64,000 nucleotides of DNA from Bradymonadia bacterium (GTDB lineage: Bacteria; Myxococcota_A; Bradymonadia; UBA7976; UBA1532), in assembly GCA_046290225.1 (NCBI GenBank), contig JBKAGE010000078.1, forward strand, positions 256,001 to 320,000. The letters are read 5' to 3'. Within the stretch, counting starts at the first letter, position 1. Each line of letters starts with the position of its first letter. A model generated the notes under the pieces. That model was not told the DNA's origin. It saw only the letters and a program-made list of their open reading frames with translations, and searched no databases. The position numbers and the translations under genes were made by a program. Positions 16,938 through 26,892 of the stretch are shown in pieces.

Positions 16938-17318
16938 TTACTTGACCTCGACCTGACCGCCGGCCTCTTCGATCTTGCCCTTGACGGTCTCGGCCTCTTC
17001 CTTGGACACGCCCTCCTTGAGAGCGTTGGGGGCGCCGTCCACCAGAGCCTTGGCGTCCTTGAGACCCAGGCCGGTGAGCTCGCGGACCACCTTGATGACG
17101 GCGATCTTCTTGGCGCCGGCGCTGGTGAGGATCACGTCGAACTCGGTCTTCTCTTCGACAGCAGCAGCGGCCTCGCCACCACCACCACCGGTCACGGCGA
17201 CGGCTGCGGCGGCGCTCACGCCCCACTTCTCCTCGAGCTCCTTGACGATCTCGGAGATCTCCATGACGGTGAGGTTGCTGAGGAAGTCGATGACCTGGTC
17301 TTTGTTGAGATCGCTCAT
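16938..17318 (-). CDS. rplL: 50S ribosomal protein L7/L12
   Basis: [10 protein letters not shown]...[10 protein letters not shown]...[20 protein letters not shown]. Confidence 0.99.
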   Translation of the reverse strand: MSDLNKDQVIDFLSNLTVMEISEIVKELEEKWGVSAAAAVAVTGGGGGEAAAAVEEKTEFDVILTSAGAKKIAVIKVVRELTGLGLKDAKALVDGAPNALKEGVSKEEAETVKGKIEEAGGQVEVK

Positions 17319-17418
17319 TGTGTTTCTCCTATGAAGTTGAGCTGTTCAATGTTGCTGGCTGAACCAGCGATATATGTGTACGAACGGGTAGTTCTGGGCG
17401 AATCGGTCAAGGTCTGCC

Positions 17419-17961
17419 TCAGGCAGCCTTGGCGTCTCCACCACCTTCTTCGAGCTGCTGCTTGCGGGCCTGCAGGACCTGCATGAAGTCCCGAGGTGCG
17501 GCGCTGAGCACGCGCACCATGGCCGTAGGCACGCCCAACATGACGTTGAGGAGCTTGCTCCTCAGCTCGTCCTTGCCCGGCATCTTGGACAGACCGTCGA
17601 CGCCATTCTCGTCGAGGATCGTCCCCTCCACCCAGCCACCCTTGATCACGAGCTTCTTGTGATCCTTGGCGAACTTGAGGAGCAGCTTGGCAGCGGTGCC
17701 GGGCTCCTCGGGGTGGTAGGCGATGGCCGAGTTGCCCTTGAACAGGTCGTTGAGCCCCTCCATGGAGGTGCCGGCGATCGCGCGCTTGGCCAGGGTGTTC
17801 TTGACGACCTCGAACGTGCAGCCGGCGGCGTCCAATGTACGCCGCAGCTCGTCGCTCTCAGCCACCTTGAGACCCTGGAAATCGGCGACCACCACCGAAG
17901 GCACGCCGTCGAGGTCGTCCTTCAGCCGCTCAACGAGCGCGGTCTTGGTTTCCCGGTTCAT
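17419..17961 (-). CDS. rplJ: 50S ribosomal protein L10
   Basis: DFQGLKV...LRR...VVKNTLAKRA; canonical position; start ATG 17961 or GTG 17967. Confidence 0.96.
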   Translation of the reverse strand: MNRETKTALVERLKDDLDGVPSVVVADFQGLKVAESDELRRTLDAAGCTFEVVKNTLAKRAIAGTSMEGLNDLFKGNSAIAYHPEEPGTAAKLLLKFAKDHKKLVIKGGWVEGTILDENGVDGLSKMPGKDELRSKLLNVMLGVPTAMVRVLSAAPRDFMQVLQARKQQLEEGGGDAKAA

Positions 17962-17989
17962 GGTCACTTCCCCTTGTTGGGGCGGGGAG

Positions 17990-18092
17990 ATGCTTCATAT
18001 GAAACAGCTCAACCCCGCCTCGGCGGGCGATCTCGGCTGGAAGGCCGAGGGATTAAGCGCTCCCCCATGGAGCGCACCCGCTGTCTATGGCG
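17990..18092 (-). promoter_or_regulatory. L10 leader (L10(L12)4-binding autoregulatory RNA)
   Basis: Minus strand CCATAGACAGCGGGTG...hairpin...TTAAT...CCCGCCGAGG matches the L10 leader pattern (AGACAGYRGG...UUAA...CCYRCCGAGG) upstream of rplJ. Confidence 0.75.
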
Positions 18093-18115
18093 AGCGGCGC
18101 CAAAAAACGGCGCCC

Positions 18116-18144
18116 CTCATAAAAAACTCGGTCGAACGAGTCAA
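18116..18144 (-). promoter_or_regulatory. Candidate rplJ promoter
   Basis: Minus strand TTGACT-N17-TATGAG just upstream of the L10 leader; overlaps a short hairpin plus T-run that could also be a weak terminator. Confidence 0.45.
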
Positions 18145-18164
18145 GAGCCTCGTGGCTCTCGAAC

Positions 18165-18863
18165 TCAGTTCTTGAACGCGTTCGGATCCAGCCGGAGCCC
18201 GGGGCCCATGGTGCTGGTGAGGGTCACGTTCTTCATGTAGACACCCTTGGCGCTGGCGGGCTTGAGCCGGAGCAGGGCCTCCATGAGGGTGTTCAGGTTG
18301 CCCCGGAGGGCCTCGGCGGTGAACGAGATCTTGCCCACGGGGGCGTGCACGATGCCGGCACGCTCGACGCGGAACTCGACCCGACCGGCCTTCATCTCAC
18401 CCACGGCCTTGGCCACGTCGAAGGTCACGGTGCCCACCTTGGGGTTGGGCATCAGACCACGGGGGCCGAGGATGCGACCGATGCGGCCCACGAGGCCCAT
18501 CATGTCGGGGGTGGCGACGGCCTTGTCGAAGTCGAGCCAGCCTTCGTCTTTGATCTTGGCGACGAGATCTTCGCCACCGACGAAGTCGGCACCGGCCTCG
18601 CGGGCCTCGTTGGCCTTCTCGCCCTTGGCGAAGACGGCGACGCGCACGCTCTTGCCCAGACCGTTGGGGTACACCACGGCGCCACGGACCATCTGGTCGG
18701 CGTGACGGGGGTTCACCCCGAGGTTGACGGCCACCTCGACGGTCTCGTCGAACTTCGCGAAGGCGCCGCCCTTGAGCAGCTCGATGGCGTCAGTGGGATC
18801 GTAGAGCAGGCCGCGATCGACCCGCTTCATCATGTTCTCGTAATTCTTGCCACGCGTCGGCAT
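18165..18863 (-). CDS. rplA: 50S ribosomal protein L1
   Basis: AKFDETVE...[14 protein letters not shown]...[16 protein letters not shown]; start reassigned to ATG 18863. Confidence 0.99.
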   Translation of the reverse strand: MPTRGKNYENMMKRVDRGLLYDPTDAIELLKGGAFAKFDETVEVAVNLGVNPRHADQMVRGAVVYPNGLGKSVRVAVFAKGEKANEAREAGADFVGGEDLVAKIKDEGWLDFDKAVATPDMMGLVGRIGRILGPRGLMPNPKVGTVTFDVAKAVGEMKAGRVEFRVERAGIVHAPVGKISFTAEALRGNLNTLMEALLRLKPASAKGVYMKNVTLTSTMGPGLRLDPNAFKN

Positions 18864-18885
18864 GAGATGCCCTCCTTGTGCGTGT

Positions 18886-18924
18886 CCCCGGTGCATGCGA
18901 CCACCTCGAGGGTGATCTCCCGGG
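18886..18924 (-). promoter_or_regulatory. Probable L1-binding autoregulatory site between rplK and rplA
   Basis: Minus strand CCCGGGAG-ATCACC-loop-GGTGGT-CGCATGCACCGGGG: GGGAG/stem/CGC..ACC internal-loop architecture of L1 operators, just before the rplA RBS. Confidence 0.55.
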
Positions 18925-19010
18925 CCTTGGTGCTCCTCAAAATAGGCGGAGCACGGTGTTTAAATAATGCTCAGCGTGTACCTGATGTCTGGTGCCCGAA
19001 GGCCCGAGAC

Positions 19011-19439
19011 TCAGGCCTCGACGACGTTGAGGCCCATAGAGCGGGCGGTGCCAGCGATGGTGCGCATGGCAGCTTCGACGTTGTCGGTGTTGAGATCAGG
19101 GAGCTTCAAGGTGGCGATCTCCTTGACCTGCTCCGTGGTCACGCTGCCGACCTTGGTCTTGTTCGGCTCAGCAGACCCGCTCTCGATGCCGGCGGCCTTG
19201 AGCAGCAGCACGGCAGCGGGGGGGGTCTTGGTGATGAAGGAGAAGGACCGGTCAGCGTAGACGGTGATCACCACGGGGATGATCATGCCCACCTGATCGC
19301 TGGTCCGGGAGTTGAACTCCTTCACGAACTGCATGATGTTCACACCATGCTGACCGAGGGCGGGACCCACGGGCGGGGAAGGGTTGGCCTTCCCAGCGGG
19401 GACCTGCAGCTTGATGAGGCCGGTAATCTTCTTGGCCAT
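19011..19439 (-). CDS. rplK: 50S ribosomal protein L11
   Basis: [22 protein letters not shown]...IAGTARSMG. Confidence 0.99.
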   Translation of the reverse strand: MAKKITGLIKLQVPAGKANPSPPVGPALGQHGVNIMQFVKEFNSRTSDQVGMIIPVVITVYADRSFSFITKTPPAAVLLLKAAGIESGSAEPNKTKVGSVTTEQVKEIATLKLPDLNTDNVEAAMRTIAGTARSMGLNVVEA

Positions 19440-19492
19440 AGCGAAGGCTCCTTATAAAACAGCGGCCCTCTCTCGACGGCCGCGCATGCGCC

Positions 19493-20032
19493 TTATGACT
19501 TCTCGACCTGGGTGAAGTCCAGCTCCACCGGGGTGGCGCGTCCGAAAATACTCACCAACACCCGCAGCTTGCCCTTGTCGAGGTTCACCTCGTCGACGGT
19601 GCCGTTGAAGTTGGCGAAGGGGCCGTCGGTGACCCGTACGGTCTCGCCCTCTTCGAAGCGCAGCTTCGGCGCCGGACGGGCGGTGCCCTCTTCGATCTGG
19701 TTGGTCAGCCGGGCGATCTCGCGCTCGGGCACGCTGGGCACGGACTCGGGGGTGGCCCCGCCGCCGACGAAGCCGGTGACCCGCGGGGTGTCCTTCACGA
19801 TGTGCCAGGTGCGCTTGTTGAGATCCATCTTCACCAGGATGTACCCGGGGAAGAACTTACGGGCAGAGGTCTTCCGCTCGCCCTTCACGACCTCGGTGAC
19901 GTTCTCGCGAGGCACCAAAACCTCGGTGAACTCTTCCTCGGCGTTGTGCTGCTTGATGCGCTCCCACAGGGCGGTCTCGACCTTGTTCTCAAAGCCAGAG
20001 TAGGTGTGGACCACATACCATTTGTGTGACAT
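19493..20032 (-). CDS. nusG: Transcription termination/antitermination factor NusG
   Basis: [14 protein letters not shown]...FPGYILV...DGPFANFNG...[17 protein letters not shown]. Confidence 0.99.
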   Translation of the reverse strand: MSHKWYVVHTYSGFENKVETALWERIKQHNAEEEFTEVLVPRENVTEVVKGERKTSARKFFPGYILVKMDLNKRTWHIVKDTPRVTGFVGGGATPESVPSVPEREIARLTNQIEEGTARPAPKLRFEEGETVRVTDGPFANFNGTVDEVNLDKGKLRVLVSIFGRATPVELDFTQVEKS

Positions 20033-20133
20033 CTCTCTACTCTCCGTACGCGCTGGGGCGAATCACCAATTGAAGGTTCAATGTGTAAGAAGCAGGCTTG
20101 GGGGACACGGATCGCCGAAGTGGATGGCGATGC

Positions 20134-20526
20134 TCAGGTCCCTCCCCCACCGAGAATCCAGTTGGTGAGCTTGAAGAAGACAGTGTCAAAGATCCACAGG
20201 ATGGCCGAGATGATGACCGTCACGAGGATGGTCATCCAGGTGTTGGACTTGGTCTCTTCCCATGTGGGCCAGGTGACCTTGGACAGCTCGTCGACCACCT
20301 CGCCCAGCTGAGGCCGGTAGCGGGGGTGCCGCCAGGCCCAGAAGAGCAACGCCAAAGCGGTGATGGCACCGAGCAGGTGAGCGACGGTGAACGACTGGCC
20401 CAGGAGGTGGCGAGGCTGGATGCCGAAGCTGGCGAAGCCAGAGGCGAACGCCTTCCAGAAGATGACGTAGGCGAGGATCGTGCCCACCGCATACGTCAGG
20501 TTGACCATTCGCTTGTTGGTGTTCAT
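20134..20526 (-). CDS. secE: Preprotein translocase subunit SecE (3-TM type)
   Basis: ELSKVTWPTWEET motif plus three hydrophobic segments; between tRNA-Trp and nusG. Confidence 0.93.
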   Translation of the reverse strand: MNTNKRMVNLTYAVGTILAYVIFWKAFASGFASFGIQPRHLLGQSFTVAHLLGAITALALLFWAWRHPRYRPQLGEVVDELSKVTWPTWEETKSNTWMTILVTVIISAILWIFDTVFFKLTNWILGGGGT

Positions 20527-20670
20527 GCCACTTCGCCTGGCCTTGACTCCCCCGACCCCGCGTGCTCAGGCCCGCGGAGTCAAGAGCCCTTCACCACCCC
20601 AAGGCCTGTTGTAGGGTCTTGGTGAAGGGGTTGAGGTGCCCCAAAAGTGGCACCATTTTTCCTGCATAAG

Positions 20671-20743
20671 CAGGGCCGACAGGACTCGAACCTGCAACCC
20701 TCGGATTTGGAGTCCGATGCTCTACCAATTGAGCCACAGCCCT
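20671..20743 (-). tRNA. tRNA-Trp (CCA)
   Basis: AGGGCTGTGGCTCAATTGGTAGAGCATCGGACTCCAAATCCGAGGGTTGCAGGTTCGAGTCCTGTCGGCCCTG cloverleaf; 3' CCA not encoded. Confidence 0.96.
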
Positions 20744-20832
20744 ACACGTGAGCAAGCGATTGCCCAAACGTGCGAGACCCGGGCAACTGCCCGGGCCTCA
20801 AAAGTCGATGACCACTTGGGTCACGACCTTGA

Positions 20833-22017
20833 TTACTCGACGATCTTGGACACCACACCGGCACCCACGGTACGGCCACCCTCGCGGATGGCGAACCGGA
20901 GACCCTCATCCATGGCGATGGGGGTGATCAGGGTGACGTTGATGGTGATGTTATCACCGGGCATGCACATCTCGACGCCCTCGGGCAGCTTGCAGCTACC
21001 GGTCACATCGGTGGTGCGGAAGTAGAACTGAGGACGGTAGCCGTTGAAGAACGGAGTGTGACGACCACCCTCCTCCTTCTTGAGCACGTAGACCTCAGCC
21101 TCGAACACCGTGTGAGGGGTGATGCTGCCGGGCTTGGCGAGCACCTGACCACGCTCGATGTCGGTACGCTTGATACCGCGAAGGAGGAGACCGACGTTGT
21201 CGCCAGCCTGACCCTCGTCGAGGAGCTTACGGAACATCTCGACACCGGTGACGGTGGTCTTGTGGGTGTCGCGGATGCCGACGATCTCGACCTCTTCGGA
21301 CACCTTGATGATCCCGCGCTCCACGCGGCCGGTGGCCACGGTGCCGCGACCGGCGATGGAGAACACGTCCTCGACGGGCATGAGGAAGTCACGGTCGATG
21401 TCGCGCACGGGCTCGGGCACGAAGGTGTCGACAGCTTCCATCAGCTCGAAGATCTTGGCCACGCCGTCGGCGTCACCCTCGAGAGCCTTCAGAGCGGAGC
21501 CGATGATGACCGGGCAGTCATCGCCGGGGAACTCGTACATGCTCAGGAGCTCGCGCACCTCCATCTCCACCAGCTCGAGGAGCTCCTCATCGTCGACTAG
21601 GTCGGCCTTGTTGAGGAACACCACGATGGCGGGCACGCCAACCTGGCGAGCGAGGAGGATGTGCTCGCGGGTCTGAGGCATGGGGCCGTCAGCAGCGGAG
21701 CACACGAGAATGGCGCCGTCCATCTGGGCAGCACCGGTGATCATGTTCTTGATGTAGTCCGCGTGCCCGGGGCAGTCCACGTGAGCGTAGTGGCGGTTGT
21801 CCGTCTCGTACTCAACGTGAGCAGTGGAGATGGTGATGCCGCGCTCCCGCTCCTCGGGGGCGTTGTCGATCTCGTCGAACGCCTTGACCTCGCCACCGTG
21901 CTTCTCGGAGAGAACCTTGGTGATGGCGGCGGTAAGAGTGGTCTTACCGTGGTCGACGTGACCGATGGTCCCCACGTTGACGTGGGGCTTATTGCGAACA
22001 AACTTCTCCTTGGCCAT
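20833..22017 (-). CDS. tuf: Elongation factor Tu
   Basis: [36 protein letters not shown]. Confidence 0.99.
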   Translation of the reverse strand: MAKEKFVRNKPHVNVGTIGHVDHGKTTLTAAITKVLSEKHGGEVKAFDEIDNAPEERERGITISTAHVEYETDNRHYAHVDCPGHADYIKNMITGAAQMDGAILVCSAADGPMPQTREHILLARQVGVPAIVVFLNKADLVDDEELLELVEMEVRELLSMYEFPGDDCPVIIGSALKALEGDADGVAKIFELMEAVDTFVPEPVRDIDRDFLMPVEDVFSIAGRGTVATGRVERGIIKVSEEVEIVGIRDTHKTTVTGVEMFRKLLDEGQAGDNVGLLLRGIKRTDIERGQVLAKPGSITPHTVFEAEVYVLKKEEGGRHTPFFNGYRPQFYFRTTDVTGSCKLPEGVEMCMPGDNITINVTLITPIAMDEGLRFAIREGGRTVGAGVVSKIVE

Positions 22018-22108
22018 CTGAAACCTGCTCCCTAGCCTGGAGTGACCAACGAGAGGGCGGATTATGCCGCACCCCGCGAAGTTGCCAACGTGGAAAGAAT
22101 CGTAAAAA

Positions 22109-22181
22109 AGCCGATGACCGGACTTGAACCGGTGACCTCACCCTTACCAAGGGTGTGCTCTACCAACTGAGCTACATCGGC
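22109..22181 (-). tRNA. tRNA-Thr (GGT)
   Basis: GCCGATGTAGCTCAGTTGGTAGAGCACACCCTTGGTAAGGGTGAGGTCACCGGTTCAAGTCCGGTCATCGGCT. Confidence 0.96.
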
Positions 22182-22223
22182 AAAACGATCTCCGACCGAA
22201 ACCAGAGATCGAAACGCTCAAAA

Positions 22224-22299
22224 TGGAGCGGGAGACGGGGTTCGAACCCGCGACATTCAGCTTGGAAGGCTGACGCTCTGCCAGCTGAGCTACTCCCGC
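22224..22299 (-). tRNA. tRNA-Gly (TCC)
   Basis: GCGGGAGTAGCTCAGCTGGCAGAGCGTCAGCCTTCCAAGCTGAATGTCGCGGGTTCGAACCCCGTCTCCCGCTCCA, CCA encoded. Confidence 0.97.
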
Positions 22300-22334
22300 A
22301 GACGATCTACGCGAGATCGCCGTATGAGACCTAG

Positions 22335-22417
<83 letters not shown>

Positions 22418-22461
22418 GAGTTATCTCTCTCTTCCGCTAAACACCTCAATCCAAGGTGATA

Positions 22462-22534
22462 AGCTGGCGAAGGGACTTGAACCCGCAACCGGCTGATTAC
22501 AAATCAGCTGCTCTACCGATTGAGCTACGCCAGC
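22462..22534 (-). tRNA. tRNA-Thr (TGT)
   Basis: GCTGGCGTAGCTCAATCGGTAGAGCAGCTGATTTGTAATCAGCCGGTTGCGGGTTCAAGTCCCTTCGCCAGCT; completes the thrU-tyrU-glyT-thrT-tufB-type arrangement. Confidence 0.94.
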
Positions 22535-22632
22535 TCAAAACGGGGGCGGACTCTAACAGCCACCCCTATCCAGATCAAGCCCTTTCGGACCCAGTTGATC
22601 GCTGTGCGACCAATCCCTGTCAGGGTGGGCGG

Positions 22633-22680
22633 TTTATACGGGAGGCCTCTGCAGGGGTCAAGGAGTTTGTTCTTTTTGTT
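22633..22680 (-). promoter_or_regulatory. Promoter of the tRNA-tuf operon with A-rich UP element
   Basis: Minus strand AACAAAAAGAACAAA...TTGACC-N17-TATAAA-CCGCCC. Confidence 0.75.
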
Positions 22681-22718
22681 ACCCCTCTCAAAAACACTCG
22701 GGATTACAGCAGGTTGCC

Positions 22719-23450
22719 CTACCCCTTTTTGCGGTGCTCTGCGGCGGTATGCAGCAAGATCCCTGCGGCGACCGAGACGTTCAACGACGCCGTCGCTCCA
22801 GAAAGGGGGATCATGACCCGCTGATCGCATCTTTCACGGGTGAGTCGACGCAGCCCCTGCCCCTCAGCGCCCATGATGAGCATGGTGGGACGAGACCAGT
22901 CGATCGCCTCTGGATGCACGCCATCCATGTCGGCACCGATGCACTGCAGCCCCGCCTTTTGAGCCACCTTGATGCTCTGGGCGAGGTTTGTCTCCATGGC
23001 CACCGGCAAGATCTCGCTGGCGCCCGCAGACGTGCGGGCCACCGTGGGGCCCAGATGGGCGCTGCGGTGTTTGGGAAGCAACGCCCCTGTGGCCCCGAAG
23101 GCCTCGGCAGATCGCAGGATCGCGCCGAGGTTTCGAGGATCGGTGACCTGGTCCAGGGCCACGATGAGCGGACTGTCGGTGAAGATCAGCTGATCGAGCT
23201 CGGTGTACCCTGCGGGGGTGATGAAGCCCACGATGCCCTGGTGACGGACCTCGCTGACCTCGTCCAGTTGCTTGCGTGGTACCCGCTCCAGCTTGATGCC
23301 CAGCGTCATGGCCTGGTCGAGCAGACGCTCGCGCGCCGGGCTGGAGTCGGGGACGTGCTGGATCTTCTTCAGTCGGTGGGGTGCCCGGTTGAGCATGGCT
23401 TCCACCGGACGGATGCCTGGGAGAGGCACGAGGCCTTGACGACTGCTCAT
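22719..23450 (-). CDS. rlmB: 23S rRNA (G2251) 2'-O-methyltransferase, TrmH/SPOUT family
   Basis: HQGIV, LDQVTDPRNLGAILRSA, MGAEGQGL, SLNVSVAAGI motifs. Confidence 0.88.
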   Translation of the reverse strand: MSSRQGLVPLPGIRPVEAMLNRAPHRLKKIQHVPDSSPARERLLDQAMTLGIKLERVPRKQLDEVSEVRHQGIVGFITPAGYTELDQLIFTDSPLIVALDQVTDPRNLGAILRSAEAFGATGALLPKHRSAHLGPTVARTSAGASEILPVAMETNLAQSIKVAQKAGLQCIGADMDGVHPEAIDWSRPTMLIMGAEGQGLRRLTRERCDQRVMIPLSGATASLNVSVAAGILLHTAAEHRKKG

Positions 23451-24130
23451 GAGATGCTCAGTGACTGCAAGTGGGTCAACACACTTTGGAGATCGTCAGC
23501 GGCGGTGACGGCTCGCCCGATGACCAGCACATCTGCCCCTGCTTCGAGGGCTGCGGCAGGCGTCGCGACACGCTTCTGATCGTGCTGACCCGCGGTGATG
23601 CGAATCCCAGGGGTGACGAGCTTGAGCTGTCCGCCGGTGGCGGCTTTCAGGGTCGACGCCTCCTGAGCGCTGCACACGAGGCCGCCCAGTCCACTCTCAC
23701 GGGCGAGCAATGCCCGCTCTGTCGCCACAGCAGCGGGCTCGGGCCGTATCCCCACGGCCTGCATGGTGGGGCCGTCCAGGCTGGTGAGCACGGTGACGCC
23801 GAGGAGCACCATGTCGCCGGCTTGCTCAGTGGCAGCCTGCATCATCGGCCCCCCTCCCCCAGTGTGAATGGTGAGGTAGTTCACCCCGAGCCCGCTCACG
23901 CTCGCCACCGCCTTGGCGACGGTGTTGGGGATGTCGTGCAATTTGAGGTCGAGGAAAATCGCCGGCGCCCCGGCTCTGCGCACCGCCTCGATGATGGAGG
24001 GGCCCTCTGCACAGAACAGCTGCAAGCCGATCTTGTAGAGCCCGAAGACGTGGTGCGTACGCTCTACCCAGCTGATGGCCTCAGCGGGGGTGGGCACGTC
24101 GAGAGCGAGGCACAGCCGGGGATCGCTCAT
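23447..24130 (-). CDS. pyrF: Orotidine-5'-phosphate decarboxylase
   Basis: ALD, KIG, FLDLKLHDIPNTV, VTVLTS, TPGIR, DQKRVATP, VIGR. Confidence 0.96.
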   Translation of the reverse strand: MSDPRLCLALDVPTPAEAISWVERTHHVFGLYKIGLQLFCAEGPSIIEAVRRAGAPAIFLDLKLHDIPNTVAKAVASVSGLGVNYLTIHTGGGGPMMQAATEQAGDMVLLGVTVLTSLDGPTMQAVGIRPEPAAVATERALLARESGLGGLVCSAQEASTLKAATGGQLKLVTPGIRITAGQHDQKRVATPAAALEAGADVLVIGRAVTAADDLQSVLTHLQSLSIS

Positions 24131-25839
24131 CCGAGCATCTCCCGTACCCGGGCGACGAGGGTGTCAGCAGGCTCGAAGGGCACCTTCTCGATGTCGCTGC
24201 CCGTACGGGACTTCAGCTCCACTACGCCCTCTTTGACCCCACGGCCACCGATGGCGATGCGCACGGGGACCCCGATGAGATCGGCGTCTTTGAACTTGGA
24301 GCCTGCCCGCTCGTTGCGGTCGTCCAGCAACACCTCGACCCCGGCAGTCTGGAGGGCCTCGTAGACCTTCTCTGCAGTCTGCACGACGTCTTCTTTGTTC
24401 ATTTGCAACGGCAGCACGATGGCCTGATAAGGCGCGATGGCCGCAGGCCACGTGATTCCGTGCTCATCATGGTTCTGTTCGATGGCTGCGGCCATGACCC
24501 GGGTGACCCCGATGCCGTAGCAGCCCATCACCATGGGGTTCTCCTTGCCGTCCTCGTCGAGGTAGGTGCACTTCATGGGCTCGCTGTAGCGCGTGCCCAG
24601 GAAGAACACGTGGCCCACCTCGATGCCCTTGTAGCTCTTCAGCGGCGAGCCACAGCGGGGGCACGGATCGTTGTCGACGGCCATCCGCACGTCGGCGTAC
24701 TGGCTGGGCTCGAAATCCCGACCTGCGGCCACGTGTACCATGTGATGGTCTGCGACGTTGGCGCCGGCGACGCCGTCTTGCACAAGGGCGACCGCGTGAT
24801 CGGCGATGATCGACTTCACGCCGGTGAGTCCCACAGGGCCGAGGTAGCCCACGGGCACCCCGGTGGCCGACTTGACGCGGGCCTCGTCGGCCATACGCAG
24901 CTCGGTGGCGCCCAGGAGCTTCTTCACCTTGATCTCGTTGAGCTCGTGATCACCGCGCACGAGGATGGCGTGCAGCTCGCCGTCCGCCTCCACCATGAGC
25001 GTCTTGATGAAGGTGTTCGCAGGGGCCTCGAGGAAGGCAGAGACCGCCTCGATGGTCTTCTGACCGGGGGTCGAGACCTGCTCTATGGCAGCACCAGGGG
25101 CAGCGGGCGCCTCTTCAGAGGCGTTCAACTCGGCCTGCTCGGTGTTGGCGGCGTAACCACAGTGGCTGCAGCTGACGATGCGATCTTCACCGCTGTCTGC
25201 GAGGACCTGGAACTCGTGGCTGCGCTTACCGCCGATGGCGCCGGTGTCGGCCTCCACAGCGCGGAACTCCAACCCACAGCGGGTGAAGATGCGCTCGTAG
25301 GCAGCATACATGGCGTCATAGCTGGCGTTGGCGGCGTCGTCGTCCACGTCGAAGGAGTAGGCATCCTTCATGATGAACTCACGGCCACGCATCAGGCCTG
25401 CACGGGGACGGATCTCGTCTCGGAACTTGATCTGGATCTGGTAGAGGTTCAACGGGAGCGCACGCCAGGAGCGCACGTCGCGGCGGACCACGTCGACGAT
25501 GACCTCTTCATGGGTGGGGCCCAAGCAGAAGTGCCCCGCCTTACGGTCGGTCATCCGCATCAGCTCGGGGCCATAAGCACCCCAGCGGTTGGACTCTTCC
25601 CAGAGCTCTGCGGGCTGCACGACAGGGAGCAGCACCTCCTGAGCGCCGGCGCGATCCAGCTCCTCGCGGATGATCTCTTCGATCTTGCGCAGGGTCCGTC
25701 GGGCGAGGGGCAGATAGTCGTAAATGCCTGCTGCGAGCTTGCGGATGAAGCCCCCGCGGAGCAGAAGCTTGTGGCTCACCACCTCGGCGTCCTTGGGGAC
25801 CTCGCGCAAGGTGGGCATATGCAGTCGGGACAATCGCAT
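24127..25839 (-). CDS. proS: Prolyl-tRNA synthetase with editing insertion domain
   Basis: LGPTHEE, KFRDEIRPRAGLMRGREFIMKDAYSF, IEVGHVF, MGCYGIGVTR. Confidence 0.98.
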   Translation of the reverse strand: MRLSRLHMPTLREVPKDAEVVSHKLLLRGGFIRKLAAGIYDYLPLARRTLRKIEEIIREELDRAGAQEVLLPVVQPAELWEESNRWGAYGPELMRMTDRKAGHFCLGPTHEEVIVDVVRRDVRSWRALPLNLYQIQIKFRDEIRPRAGLMRGREFIMKDAYSFDVDDDAANASYDAMYAAYERIFTRCGLEFRAVEADTGAIGGKRSHEFQVLADSGEDRIVSCSHCGYAANTEQAELNASEEAPAAPGAAIEQVSTPGQKTIEAVSAFLEAPANTFIKTLMVEADGELHAILVRGDHELNEIKVKKLLGATELRMADEARVKSATGVPVGYLGPVGLTGVKSIIADHAVALVQDGVAGANVADHHMVHVAAGRDFEPSQYADVRMAVDNDPCPRCGSPLKSYKGIEVGHVFFLGTRYSEPMKCTYLDEDGKENPMVMGCYGIGVTRVMAAAIEQNHDEHGITWPAAIAPYQAIVLPLQMNKEDVVQTAEKVYEALQTAGVEVLLDDRNERAGSKFKDADLIGVPVRIAIGGRGVKEGVVELKSRTGSDIEKVPFEPADTLVARVREMLG

Positions 25840-25862
25840 GGGGCGCGTCCTGTTGTGTATCT

Positions 25863-26840
25863 CTAGGAAATGTGGGCGCCCACCTGCATGGTGGACAACA
25901 AGACCGCCTTGGTCAGGGCCAGGCGGTTGTCGGCCTGCTGATAGATCAGCGACCGGTCAGAATCGATCACCGCGTCGGCGACCTCTTCTCCCCGGCGGGC
26001 GGGGAGGCAGTGCATGAAGACGGCGTCGGGGGCAGCCCGAGCGAAGCGCTCTTCATTGAGGATCCAGCCAGCGAAGGGCGCGGCGAGGGCGCTGGCCTCT
26101 TCAGGCTGGTGCAGCAAGTCGAAGGGGGCCCAGGCTCGGGGATAGACGGCATCTGCCCCTTCCACCGCAGCGTCCATGTCAGCGACCACCTCGAGGCGAC
26201 CGCCCCCCGCTTCGGCACCCTTCCGAGCGCGGTCGAGGGCCGCCTTGGGCAGTTCGAAGCCCGGCGGATGGGCCAGTCGAACGGTCATGCCCAGACGGGG
26301 CAACAAAGACAACAGACCCTGAGAGACTGAAGCAGGCTGGCTGGGGGCTTTGTTGTACGCCCAGGTCACCGCCACCGTGCGGCCAGACAAATCAGCACCG
26401 AATCGCGCCCGCAGCGTGGCCAGATCGGCGAGGGTCTGGATCGGGTGGTCCAGATCGCACTGCAGGTTGTAGACCGGGCGCTCGGTGGCACCGGCCACGG
26501 TCTCGATGAAGGTGTTGGCCTTACCCGGAACCAGCGGATGGCGGATGCCGATGGCGTCTCCCTCGTCAGCGATCCGCGCCATGGCTCGAGCGGGCTCGTC
26601 TCCCTTGAGCGCGGCAAAGCCACCAGCGGTGACATCGCGCACGTTGGCGCCGAGTTGTCGGGCGGCCTCGACGAAGGAGGCCTTGGTCCGAGTGGACTCT
26701 GACAGGAAGGCCAGGAGCAGCGTACGCCCGGTGAGGGGCTGACCGGGATCTTCAGTCCGGAGCCTGCGGGCGAGACTGAGCAGCGCTTCGATGTCTTCGA
26801 GAGGCAATGCGTCGGTGGTGATGAGACTGTGTAGGGCCAT
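25863..26840 (-). CDS. Ornithine carbamoyltransferase-fold transcarbamylase, YgeW-like
   Basis: STRT carbamoyl-phosphate motif, NLQCDLDHPIQTLADL, TWAY...SVSQG, FMHCLPARRGEEV. Confidence 0.75.
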   Translation of the reverse strand: MALHSLITTDALPLEDIEALLSLARRLRTEDPGQPLTGRTLLLAFLSESTRTKASFVEAARQLGANVRDVTAGGFAALKGDEPARAMARIADEGDAIGIRHPLVPGKANTFIETVAGATERPVYNLQCDLDHPIQTLADLATLRARFGADLSGRTVAVTWAYNKAPSQPASVSQGLLSLLPRLGMTVRLAHPPGFELPKAALDRARKGAEAGGGRLEVVADMDAAVEGADAVYPRAWAPFDLLHQPEEASALAAPFAGWILNEERFARAAPDAVFMHCLPARRGEEVADAVIDSDRSLIYQQADNRLALTKAVLLSTMQVGAHIS

Positions 26841-26892
26841 GCTGTGCTCTGTGATACGGAGTGCTGTGATGCAGAGTGATGAGGGCCTGGGC

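Noticed and set aside
20774..20803. Intrinsic terminator after tuf
   Set aside because: Strong hairpin, but the T-run precedes it on the transcribed strand; more likely a processing or stability stem.
22462..22534. tRNA-Thr(TGT) as a pseudogene because of a C-U mismatch in the T-stem
   Set aside because: All other arms and conserved bases are intact and it sits in the canonical cluster; single mismatches are tolerated.
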